Under the pieces are notes generated by a model. It was not told the origin of the DNA. It saw only the letters and a list, made by a program, of their open reading frames with translations, and searched no databases. DNA of 64,000 nucleotides from positions 11,206 through 75,205 of the forward strand of contig CAZVKN010000002.1 in assembly GCA_964627035.1 (NCBI GenBank), read 5' to 3'. The position numbers were made by a program, and so were the translations under genes. This stretch comes from an uncultured bacterium. GTDB taxonomy: Bacteria > Electryoneota > AABM5-125-24 > Hatepunaeales > Hatepunaeaceae. Positions 46,321 through 55,085 of this stretch are shown here, one piece after another (the first letter of the stretch is position 1; each line of letters opens with the position of its first letter).

Positions 46321-49089
46321 ATGTTACGAGCAACTATCTATGTACTAATCGCACTTTTTCTGACCATCGGCTGCCAGGATGACGACAACCCCGTCGCGCC
46401 GCCTGTGCCGAAGTATGACATTCAAATCACCAACCTGCCGACATCAATCACCTCCCCCGAAGGCGTTAGCCATGAAGTGATCTTTCAGGTCACTGTCATC
46501 AACAACGCAACCAACGAAGTGGTCGAAGGAGCAGCCGTCGCTCTTGCCGTTCCACTCGGTCAGGGATCAATCACACCGCAAACCATGCCCACCGATGTGC
46601 ACGGAACCGTCGAAGCGATGTACAGTTTCGACATGCCGTCCGGTAAATCAACCACACCTATATTTATCACGGCGGAAAAGCAGAGCACTATCGCTATCAT
46701 TGTCCTTGACGGCACGACACGACCTGTTGAGCTGCTGCTGACTGCGGATGAGACGCTGCTGTTTCCTGAAGAGAATGAATCTGTCGAAGTCAACCTGACC
46801 GCTGCGGTGACTGACGAGCGCGGAATGGGGATTGCCGGAGTGAAGCTTTTCTTCGAGCTGATTGAAACGGAAGAAGACAGCACTTACGGAGCGTTAACCC
46901 CGATATCAACGACTGATAAAGAAGGTCTGGCTCAATCCACCTTCCGTTCGATGGGCGGACACGGAACCATACACATCCGCTGTTCGGTGGATGAAGGAGA
47001 AGACTTTCTCGATGTCAAGGATGAGGTGGCGATCAGGATCGTTGAACCCTTGCAGGGAGGAATACTATTTCTCAATGCAAGTGAGAACTACATCTATGCC
47101 GATAACGGTGTAACAGATGCCATTGTTCGCGCGGTATTAAAGGACAGGTCGAATCAAGCCATTGAAGGGGCAGAGATTATCTTCTCATCCAATAACAACG
47201 GCGCGATTAGCTCACCGCATACCACCGATTCACTGGGAATCGCACTCTCAGTATTCACCGACATCGGTATCCCTTCGATGAACGCACTCGGAGAAAGGGA
47301 ACCGTGCACGGTAACAGCCTACTATTACCGCCTTGGTTTGGCAGAATCCATCGAAATTGATATCCGTCCACAGGAACATGTGGACAACATCGTGCTGGCA
47401 GCCGGAAAAGCTACGATGCATGCCGGCAGTCGTGATACAACATGGGTCAGAGCTACGTGTTTCCTTGATCGTTCTCGAACTCAGTTAGCCCCTGAGGGTA
47501 CGATGGTGTACTTCGAGCAGGATAACTGGATGGGGTCATTCACGCAATCACAAGTTCCGGTAGGACGCACCGGTACTGCACAAACCGCATATGTTGCAGG
47601 TACTCAAGTTGGGCAAGCCATAATTAGAGCTATTGTAGTGAATGAAGATTGGGAGTATGTTCACAGCAATGAAGTAATCATTGACCTGATCCCCGGTGCG
47701 CCTGCAAGCATTTATGTTCAATCCAACCCGTCGGTTCTGCGTATCGGTGAAGCGGGTGAGCAGTCAATGATTCTCGCTTCTGTCGTTGATTCATTCGGCA
47801 ACCCGGTCAGGGACGGTTCGGTTCTCGTTCAGTTCTCAACAACTCTCGGAACGGTTGATCCACCGTCAACTCCGACAGATTCGGGTCATGCAATCGCATT
47901 CCTTCGTCCTGGTGTCGAGGCAGGAGTAGCTATTGTCCGTGCAACCGTTTTGGGATTAGAACCTGCTGAAACGGCGGTGTCATTCATCGCCGGAGGAGGG
48001 AGTTCTATTAATCTCGGTGTTGATGATTTACAGATTCCAATTGGTGGATTCACCAGAATCCATGCTACTGTCCGCGATGCTAACGGTAACCTCATTGAAG
48101 TACCGACTAAGGTTGTTATTGTTCTGCTGACAAATGATGTGCCACCGGAAGCTGGCAACATAAATGGGAATGATCCATTCTACTGCGATACCGTTTACAC
48201 CTCAAATGGAATAGCAACATTTACATTCAATGCAGGAACCCGAATAGGACCACAACTGATCCGAATATATACTCTTGATGAGGATGGAAATCCAACCGGA
48301 GTTCGTGCAACCATTAGTACTCTGATGGTCGTCGGCGGACCTCCGGCTATTCTTTCACTTGGCTGGGAAAATGACGTTCGTGATGCCGGAGGAGGAAGCT
48401 GGATACTTCCGGTATCAGCACATATAACGGATCAATACCGTAACCCCGCGAGGGATGAAATCGTCGTAAATTTCAGAGTTGATCCGGTCGGTTCTATCGA
48501 AAGTCATGCATTTACAAACGGTGGACGGGCTGTTGTTGATCTGACATATCACAGCGAGCATGTCTTTGAGGAAGTTACAGTCACCGCTTATCTTCTGACC
48601 GAGGACGACTCACTCGGACAGACGTTGACCTTCCAGTTGCCTTTCCAAGGTGGCGAGCTTGAGCTGCATGTTGATCCGAACAACTGGATGTTTGACAGAG
48701 ACGAGCCGGATAACATTTGTGATATCCGGGTGTGGGCGATCCTGCATGATGGACACGGAGTTTTGATCAACAATGCACCGATACTGTTCACATCTATTCG
48801 AGGTAAGTTTTGGTATGACAATCGCGCCGGAGATCAGGTGGACTTTGAGATCTTTGAACCTCGACCTGTCAGACGACACACCGGACCTGTCAATGACGGT
48901 GGCAATCCCAACGAGCGACAAAATGACGATGATCCGGACGGTCATGCGGTAGTATGGCTGAGAGGAATAATGGACGACTTCTTCCTCGATCCGTTCAGTA
49001 TGGAGGTGACAGTCCAGATCGAGGCGAATGTAGAGGGTTACGACGATGTATTCGCCAATCCTGCATTTGTGGTGATGACGAGGCATTGA
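46321..49089 (+). CDS. Large lipoprotein with repeated bacterial Ig-like (Big) domains
   Basis: Lipobox MLRATIYVLIALFLTIGC. Repeated about 90-aa beta-rich segments (GxxTVTA..., AIVRATV). Confidence 0.55.
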   Translation: MLRATIYVLIALFLTIGCQDDDNPVAPPVPKYDIQITNLPTSITSPEGVSHEVIFQVTVINNATNEVVEGAAVALAVPLGQGSITPQTMPTDVHGTVEAMYSFDMPSGKSTTPIFITAEKQSTIAIIVLDGTTRPVELLLTADETLLFPEENESVEVNLTAAVTDERGMGIAGVKLFFELIETEEDSTYGALTPISTTDKEGLAQSTFRSMGGHGTIHIRCSVDEGEDFLDVKDEVAIRIVEPLQGGILFLNASENYIYADNGVTDAIVRAVLKDRSNQAIEGAEIIFSSNNNGAISSPHTTDSLGIALSVFTDIGIPSMNALGEREPCTVTAYYYRLGLAESIEIDIRPQEHVDNIVLAAGKATMHAGSRDTTWVRATCFLDRSRTQLAPEGTMVYFEQDNWMGSFTQSQVPVGRTGTAQTAYVAGTQVGQAIIRAIVVNEDWEYVHSNEVIIDLIPGAPASIYVQSNPSVLRIGEAGEQSMILASVVDSFGNPVRDGSVLVQFSTTLGTVDPPSTPTDSGHAIAFLRPGVEAGVAIVRATVLGLEPAETAVSFIAGGGSSINLGVDDLQIPIGGFTRIHATVRDANGNLIEVPTKVVIVLLTNDVPPEAGNINGNDPFYCDTVYTSNGIATFTFNAGTRIGPQLIRIYTLDEDGNPTGVRATISTLMVVGGPPAILSLGWENDVRDAGGGSWILPVSAHITDQYRNPARDEIVVNFRVDPVGSIESHAFTNGGRAVVDLTYHSEHVFEEVTVTAYLLTEDDSLGQTLTFQLPFQGGELELHVDPNNWMFDRDEPDNICDIRVWAILHDGHGVLINNAPILFTSIRGKFWYDNRAGDQVDFEIFEPRPVRRHTGPVNDGGNPNERQNDDDPDGHAVVWLRGIMDDFFLDPFSMEVTVQIEANVEGYDDVFANPAFVVMTRH

Positions 49090-49125
49090 GATTCACAACG
49101 GATTGAACGGATGAAGCAGATTATT
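49090..49125 (+). repeat. Post-stop-codon motif GATTCACAACGGATTGAACGGATGAAGCAGATTA
   Basis: Starts at the nucleotide after the TGA stop. The same motif, in the sense orientation, follows the stops of genes ending at 51428, 55071, 55858 and 57493. Confidence 0.8.
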
Positions 49126-49168
49126 AGGGAGCAAGGGAGAAGATGAGAAAGTAAGAAAATCATTTATC

Positions 49169-49240
49169 ACCACGAAGTTCACGAAGCGCACGAAGAAGAA
49201 ACAGATTAAACACTTCGTGTCCTTCGTGCTCTTCGTGGTT
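49169..49240. repeat. CACGAAG-heptamer long palindrome (CCACGAAGTTCACGAAGCGCACGAAGAAG ... CTTCGTGTCCTTCGTGCTCTTCGTGG)
   Basis: Three heptamer units per arm. Confidence 0.8.
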
Positions 49241-49295
49241 AAAACCTTGATTTCAGTTGTGAATCTCTAAAATACATGCAAAAGGACAAGAAACA

Positions 49296-51428
49296 ATGAA
49301 ACTGCTAATTAAATTACTATTGATAGCTGTAGCTCTGCTTGGGTTGTGGTCAGGTGAATCCTTCGCTGAACCACCGACGTATTACACGTGGTTGACCCAC
49401 TTTGAGCGGACTCGCTTCAATGAATACATAAGGTTTTGGGAAAGGGATTCATCATTTGGCACAATCAGATCTAATGATTATATCGCAATTATGGGTAATC
49501 CGCTGTTAGGATTGGTCATTACGTCGCAGGATCGTTTCATTGGGAATAATGAAAACCTGAACTTTGAGCATATCTTCAACGCTCCCCCCTACGAGTTCCC
49601 GGAGTCGTATCCGCATCTGAGGCATCGAGCCAGTCCTCGCATTTCAGATATAAACGGCAGAATGATGACCCGGATAAGAATGTATGGTAATGGAGGAATA
49701 GAATTCTATCAACATCCACTGGGTAATCCTCACGGTGACAGTTTGGTGATGTCAATTGCTGCACCATACAATCGAATTATCTATGTAGATGGTCAGGTGG
49801 AAGTTGAAGGAGTGCTTGCCGGTCGAGTGACAATCTATTCCTCAGGCGAAATGTGGCTGGTTGATGATATCCGTTATGTAGGTGCTGACCAACGAACCGG
49901 ACGTTTCGGCAGGACACGAGAAGAAATGCGGGACTTCCCACACGTGCTGGGTTTGGTGTCGGATCAGAATATTATCATCAAGAACACAACTGCAAACGGT
50001 CGTGAGAATGGATGGGCTTTTGGTGGACAGGTCAACAGAACTGATAGGCATTCCATCGTCATCAATGCTGCATTGATAGCGTTGAATGAGTCGTTCACAT
50101 TCCAGCACCAAAACGATAGATTCAACCGCTATCAGGGACCTACACCGGATGACCGCGGCATAATCCACCTGACCGGAGGTGTAACTCAATATCGGCGCGG
50201 GTATGTGCATCGGTCAAATCATCAGAGTACAGGTTATGGCAAAGATTACATGTACGACTACCGCTTAGAGACAACAGGACCGCCGGGATTTGCACCGGGT
50301 GAGTATCCTGATGTCAGCGGCAACTATGACGTACTTGACCTGTTCGTCGGTCCTTATACACTGCAAAACACTCACGCCCGAAAGGTCATTATCCGCCGTG
50401 GTGTCGAGGTCAACCTGATGGGTGGCAATTCGCTGACCGTGCGCGATAGTTTGATCGTTGAGGGAACGGAGGAAGAACCTGTCACTTTTCGCTCAGTGCT
50501 ACAAAACGGAAGGAGCAGGATTGCGGTCAACGGGCATAACCGCTCGCTGATTGATTTGAACCATGCTACATTTAGCCGGAATGTCACGGTCAGAATGCAG
50601 GCGAATAGCATCGTTGTGAATAACTGCGAATTCGGAACGGATGCCGATTTTGAAGGGAATGTTACACTCAACAGCAGTCGTTTCAATGAACAAGTACGCA
50701 TCATTGCATGGGATGATGTTTCAATCAGCAGGTCATTGTTCATGGATGGGATCACATTGACAGGCAACCTCCGCAACGGTGAACTGATTAACAACACCAT
50801 ATCAGGCGGCAGGTCAGCCGGAGTTGAGATTCATCGCTTTGACAGCCTTCGACTCGTCAATAACATCATCAGTGACAACCGCTACGGCATCGTCAACCGT
50901 CACTGGAACCGACCGACCGTTGAGTATTGCGATGTTTACGGCAACCGCAGTGGTGATTACATAGATTGTGAGCCGGGGGAGGGCTCAATATCGGTCACTC
51001 CTCGCTTCATTGATCCCCGCAATGACAACTATCGTCTTGCATGGAACTCGCCCTGCATTGACGCAGGTGACCCGGCTTCACCGCATGATCCGGACAGCAC
51101 ACGAGCTGACATCGGCGCATTCTACCGTGATCGGAACCTGAGCGTATCGGACGCGCCGACAGTTCCGGATCAGTTCAGAGTAACAGCATCGCCGAATCCG
51201 TTCAACAGCACTGTAACGGTTCAATTCACTCTGACTCACTCAGAGACTGCTCGGTTAACAATCTATGACCTACAAGGACGGAAAATCCAATCACAACGAG
51301 AGACCTTCACAGCAGGGGTCGGAAAGATAACGGTTAGCGGTGAATTGCTGGGCAGTGCGGGTGTCTATTTTGCGCGCCTGTCTGCTGGAGATCAGGTAGG
51401 AACAGTTAAGTTGGTGTATGTGCCGTAG
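49296..51428 (+). CDS. Right-handed parallel beta-helix protein with a T9SS C-terminal sorting domain
   Basis: Signal peptide. Repeated NxxIxxN beta-helix turns (NNIISDNRYGIVN). C-terminus PNPFNSTVTVQFTL...AGVYFARL...VKLVYVP. Confidence 0.65.
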   Translation: MKLLIKLLLIAVALLGLWSGESFAEPPTYYTWLTHFERTRFNEYIRFWERDSSFGTIRSNDYIAIMGNPLLGLVITSQDRFIGNNENLNFEHIFNAPPYEFPESYPHLRHRASPRISDINGRMMTRIRMYGNGGIEFYQHPLGNPHGDSLVMSIAAPYNRIIYVDGQVEVEGVLAGRVTIYSSGEMWLVDDIRYVGADQRTGRFGRTREEMRDFPHVLGLVSDQNIIIKNTTANGRENGWAFGGQVNRTDRHSIVINAALIALNESFTFQHQNDRFNRYQGPTPDDRGIIHLTGGVTQYRRGYVHRSNHQSTGYGKDYMYDYRLETTGPPGFAPGEYPDVSGNYDVLDLFVGPYTLQNTHARKVIIRRGVEVNLMGGNSLTVRDSLIVEGTEEEPVTFRSVLQNGRSRIAVNGHNRSLIDLNHATFSRNVTVRMQANSIVVNNCEFGTDADFEGNVTLNSSRFNEQVRIIAWDDVSISRSLFMDGITLTGNLRNGELINNTISGGRSAGVEIHRFDSLRLVNNIISDNRYGIVNRHWNRPTVEYCDVYGNRSGDYIDCEPGEGSISVTPRFIDPRNDNYRLAWNSPCIDAGDPASPHDPDSTRADIGAFYRDRNLSVSDAPTVPDQFRVTASPNPFNSTVTVQFTLTHSETARLTIYDLQGRKIQSQRETFTAGVGKITVSGELLGSAGVYFARLSAGDQVGTVKLVYVP

Positions 51429-51608
51429 GAAATTCACAACAGATGAAACGGATTAAGCAGATTAAAGCGGGGATGGCGGACATTCTTGTCCGTCTGCATG
51501 GACAGGAATGAGTTCTTTGATTTATTCAGAAAACCTTCGCGTCATTCCCACGAAGGTGGGAATCCAGTCCTACATTGACTTTCTGGATTCCCGTTTACAC
51601 GAGAATGA
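51429..51608. repeat. Composite modular repeat: post-stop motif, GACATTCTTGTC palindrome, AATGAGTTCTTTGATTTAT, then GTCATTCCC-N8-GGGAATCCAG
   Basis: Each module is also present at 53155-53200, 57205-57350 and 54941-54970. Confidence 0.8.
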
Positions 51609-51778
51609 CGAAAGATATCAAACTACTTAATATTTCAGTGAACTCATCCCCGTCCTCTCTTGCAGGAGCAACAATATCCCAACTCACCCGTCAAAAGAAC
51701 GCATGAGACAAGAGTTGCGCTTGTCATCTGTTATTATTAAATTTATACTCTGCTACAATCTGTTACTGTTTTCAACAC

Positions 51779-52318
51779 ATGTTAAACAAAACTATTCTAT
51801 TCCAAGTAAGAAGAGTCTTGGTTGTGGTCAGCATAGTTGCAGCCGGATTTGTTCTGTCAGTACAGAAAGCTGCGGGTTGCTGGGGACCTATTGCAATTGA
51901 GAAATTGATCAGTGAGAGCTCCGTTATAGTAGTTGGAGAAGTAACCAAGATTATTAATTCTCCAAATACTCCATCACCGGAAAATGACGCAATGGTAACG
52001 GGGGAGAAGCGACTAATCCAAAGACCTACAATGCAAGACACTGCATATATTACAGTGTCAAGAGTATTCAAAAACACATTACCGGACACGAAAATCGGAA
52101 TCGGTGACCGAATTCCATTGACGGTAATTGCTTCAGACAGCGCATTTTGGACTTCTATAATAATTTTCGATCACCCAAAGCCAATAGGAACGTTCGGTAT
52201 TTGGATTATTGAGTTCAAAAACAACAAATACTATGCTTTTCATCCTACGACTTTGCAGCCATTAGCAAATGAGGAAGAAATCGTGAATATCATTAACAAT
52301 CAGAAAAATAATCCATAA
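51779..52318 (+). CDS. Hypothetical secreted protein
   Basis: N-terminal hydrophobic segment VLVVVSIVAAGFVLSV. No known domain. Confidence 0.4.
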   Translation: MLNKTILFQVRRVLVVVSIVAAGFVLSVQKAAGCWGPIAIEKLISESSVIVVGEVTKIINSPNTPSPENDAMVTGEKRLIQRPTMQDTAYITVSRVFKNTLPDTKIGIGDRIPLTVIASDSAFWTSIIIFDHPKPIGTFGIWIIEFKNNKYYAFHPTTLQPLANEEEIVNIINNQKNNP

Positions 52319-52355
52319 CATCCTTCTTCCTTTCCCACGTTCTAACATTCTAACT

Positions 52356-52790
52356 TCAGATCAACTCACGTAGCCAGTCCATATCTATATTCGGGCAGGT
52401 GCGGTTGTCGCCGGACAGCTCATAGTGACCGATCAGCTCTGCATCGGGATACTCTTTCCTCAATCGCCGGATCAGATTGGTCACAGTCTCAAATTGATGC
52501 ATCGTGAACTGCTTTTTTCCAATGAGACAGATGCCGATGCTGCTGCTGTTGTATCCTTTCGCATGTGCACCGATTACTTCCATCGGTCTCCCGATCTGCG
52601 CAGTTCCATCCAACCAGAATTGAGGTTGCTTTAATTTGAACACTTCCTCTGTCGGATATCCGTTCATAATCACATAATGATACCCGATCCGGTCGTACCC
52701 ACACTTGCGATGCCACTCGTCGATCAACGCAACGTTCCCGTAAGGTGAGTCGCTGCAATGAAGTATAATTCGATTAATATTTCTCGTCAT
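52356..52790 (-). CDS. N-acetylmuramoyl-L-alanine amidase (Amidase_2/PGRP, T7-lysozyme-like endolysin)
   Basis: ILHCSDSP...GYHYVI...IGAHAKGYNSSSIGICLIG...CPN zinc-ligand pattern. Start taken at MTRNINR (52790). Confidence 0.75.
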   Translation of the reverse strand: MTRNINRIILHCSDSPYGNVALIDEWHRKCGYDRIGYHYVIMNGYPTEEVFKLKQPQFWLDGTAQIGRPMEVIGAHAKGYNSSSIGICLIGKKQFTMHQFETVTNLIRRLRKEYPDAELIGHYELSGDNRTCPNIDMDWLRELI

Positions 52791-52801
52791 GTCGTTGTCC
52801 T

Positions 52802-53065
52802 CTATTGAATAAACAGCTTGAACAGAGCAACCGCGATACCGACCGCAAGGCTCGCCATGACACCCCAAAGCCTGTATTCACGCCGTTCTATCTTGACTCT
52901 GAATGCGCTGTTTCTATCCACCTTGTGAGTCAATCCATCGTGACCGTTGCCGTTGAGCATCCTGTAGATGTTTTTAACATCATCTTTCACCTCTTTGACA
53001 TTATCGTGGATCATCTGTATTAGTTCGTTATTCATGGTTTGTTGATTTGTGTGATTTTCAATCAA
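52802..53065 (-). CDS. Lysis-associated small membrane protein (holin-like, single C-terminal TM)
   Basis: 87 aa. C-terminal LWGVMASLAVGIAVALFKLFI. Immediately upstream of the endolysin. Confidence 0.35.
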   Translation of the reverse strand: MIENHTNQQTMNNELIQMIHDNVKEVKDDVKNIYRMLNGNGHDGLTHKVDRNSAFRVKIERREYRLWGVMASLAVGIAVALFKLFIQ

Positions 53066-53154
53066 GTCATTGCGAATCCACGTAGTGGGTGAAGCAATCT
53101 CTTCGTATTATGTAAGAGATTGCTTCGTCAATCCTTTCCTCGCAATGACAGAAG

Positions 53155-53290
53155 TCCATGCAGAGCGGACAGAAATGAGTTCTTTGATTTATTACTGATT
53201 TCGTTATTCCCGTGCCGTGTGGCATTGGCTACTTGTTGCCAATGTTTCTTTATTAATGAAACACGGGCAATGAATAGCCCGTGCCACCCA
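53155..53290. repeat. Modular repeat plus conserved two-hairpin element A (CATTGGC-TACTTGTT-GCCAATG; CACGGGC-AATGAATA-GCCCGTG)
   Basis: The second copy at 54985-55050 has compensatory stem changes (CATGGGC/GCCCATG) and a conserved TACTTGTT loop. Confidence 0.7.
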
Positions 53291-53293
53291 AAG

Positions 53294-53593
53294 TCACTCC
53301 CCTTCAGACAAAAACCGATACCCATTCACCTCAAGGAATTCATCAAAATCCATCCCACTCCCCGTCGAGCAAGCAATGCAGTACAATCTATCCGAAAGAT
53401 CGTACTCGCCCCAGATTGCGCCGGCGTAAGCTACAACTGTTGTCGTGTCTGCGAGTGTGCATAGTTGAACTGTCGCCACGTCAGCAGGAGCTTCATGCAC
53501 TTCATTGTTCGAATAGATAAAAAACGTCTGCGCATCCTCGGTCAAACCTATTAGTGGCAACATTAAGATCAATATTGTAACTACATATCTCAT
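53294..53593 (-). CDS. Small secreted hypothetical protein
   Basis: Signal peptide MRYVVTILILMLPLIGL. Confidence 0.4.
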   Translation of the reverse strand: MRYVVTILILMLPLIGLTEDAQTFFIYSNNEVHEAPADVATVQLCTLADTTTVVAYAGAIWGEYDLSDRLYCIACSTGSGMDFDEFLEVNGYRFLSEGE

Positions 53594-54405
53594 TGGTATA
53601 ACCTGTATTTTCGGTTCAGATAGCTGCGAATCCGCTTCACATCAGCAGAAGACAGCTTGCTTCCGTCACAAAGGATGTATTCAGCGAGATAACCACCGAT
53701 GTAGTTCGTCCAACTGATTGAGCCGAAGTAATCCATCTTCCACGATTTTCCACTATAACCTGTCGCAACTCCGTCAACAGTCCCGTTCCAAAATCGGTTG
53801 AGGTTGTCGCCTTCAGCCTGAAACTCCAGAAGACCATAAGAAGTAGTCGGTTGAGTAACACCTGTCATCGTTCTGTACACACCTCCGTCGCTTCTCATGT
53901 CCAGCGATCCGGCTCCGGTTTGGCGTATCATCGTGTCGTTCACATCTCCATCCGCAAAAATGAATGCACGCTCATAGGTCGTGCTGGTGAACAGGATCAC
54001 TATGAAGTGATGAGGTGACGACAACGTAACAGCACCGTCTGAAAGTTGATAAGTATCATCAACCTCATCAAACTGCAGAGCAGGACGACCGTTGATTTGG
54101 TTGATGTTGTACAGAGCACGTTTGGAGGCGCTCGGCGGCTGCCCGTCACTTCCGTTGCCGGATCTATCTGTCCACAGCGAACATTGACCGGACGCATCGG
54201 TATAAACTCCGCTTGACGCATCCCACCAGATCTGAACCACATCGCTTCCAAGTTTTGCAGGGGTCCATTCGAGCGCTGTCTCTGTCCCCAAATCCCGTTG
54301 GATTCGACCCCACGAACTATCTCGTCCCCACTTTCCCGAACCTGACAGGACGATCAGGAAGATAAATAGTGTTACTATCTTTACTGTTCGCATATCAACT
54401 TCCAC
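53590..54405 (-). CDS. Secreted hypothetical protein (phage-region)
   Basis: Signal peptide MRTVKIVTLFIFLIVLSG. Beta-rich. Confidence 0.4.
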   Translation of the reverse strand: MEVDMRTVKIVTLFIFLIVLSGSGKWGRDSSWGRIQRDLGTETALEWTPAKLGSDVVQIWWDASSGVYTDASGQCSLWTDRSGNGSDGQPPSASKRALYNINQINGRPALQFDEVDDTYQLSDGAVTLSSPHHFIVILFTSTTYERAFIFADGDVNDTMIRQTGAGSLDMRSDGGVYRTMTGVTQPTTSYGLLEFQAEGDNLNRFWNGTVDGVATGYSGKSWKMDYFGSISWTNYIGGYLAEYILCDGSKLSSADVKRIRSYLNRKYRLYQ

Positions 54406-54911
54406 TCAACTTCAAACGTGTCATCAACAGTGGTTGCGAAAACCATGCGCACATACCCGCCCACAAATAGCCGCAAGGGATACAGGTAGTAACGGTTGGT
54501 GTCTTCCAACGGTTCAAATCGCCAGTTGCCGTACTGGTAATGCGTGAACGTTCCGGAGTCTATGAAGACATTGGATGAGTCCGCATTCCAGAACTCGGTT
54601 GCGGTGGTGTCGTATATCTGCTCAAAGTATGCGTCACTCAACTGTGCTGTATCGCCTTGAACAGAGGTCAACAGCAATGCCAGCGTGAACGACTCCGGAT
54701 TGTACTGACGGATATTATGGTTGTCTCCATCTGATGCGTTCGGCGAATATCCGACCTGCAGCCAAGATGTGGTGTATCCACCTGATGTTCCTTTGACCGT
54801 GTCAACTCCGGTCATGATTTTGGGCATGGTGGTCAGCAGACCGGTAACATCCTGCCCGAATGCCGGTATGACTGCGACAAATATCAGCAATGCTATGATT
54901 AGTTGTTTCAT
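54381..54911 (-). CDS. Secreted hypothetical protein (phage-region)
   Basis: Signal peptide MKQLIIALLIFVAVIPAFG. Confidence 0.4.
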   Translation of the reverse strand: MKQLIIALLIFVAVIPAFGQDVTGLLTTMPKIMTGVDTVKGTSGGYTTSWLQVGYSPNASDGDNHNIRQYNPESFTLALLLTSVQGDTAQLSDAYFEQIYDTTATEFWNADSSNVFIDSGTFTHYQYGNWRFEPLEDTNRYYLYPLRLFVGGYVRMVFATTVDDTFEVEWKLICEQ

Positions 54912-54940
54912 TGATATATCTCCTTGAATAGTTGTATTCC

Positions 54941-55085
54941 GTCATTCCCGCTCAGGCGGGAATCCAGTTATATCGTGTGGCACGGGTTACTTGTTACCTG
55001 TGTATCATTACTTAAAGAAACATGGGCAACGAGTAGCCCATGCCACACGGATTCCATCTGTTTAATTCGTTCAATCCGTTGTGAA
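54941..55085. repeat. GTCATTCCC-N8-GGGAATCCAG, then two-hairpin element B, then post-stop motif (minus sense)
   Basis: GTCATTCCCGCTCAGGCGGGAATCCAG. GTGTGGCACGGGTTACTTGTTACCTGTG...CATGGGCAACGAGTAGCCCATGCCACAC. ...TTCAATCCGTTGTGAATTC overlaps the stop of the 55071 gene. Confidence 0.75.

Noticed and set aside
53120-53464. ORFs 53120..53464(+) and 53128..53325(-) as coding genes
   Set aside because: The interval is occupied by dispersed repeat modules and the covarying two-hairpin element. The ORF translations are low-complexity.
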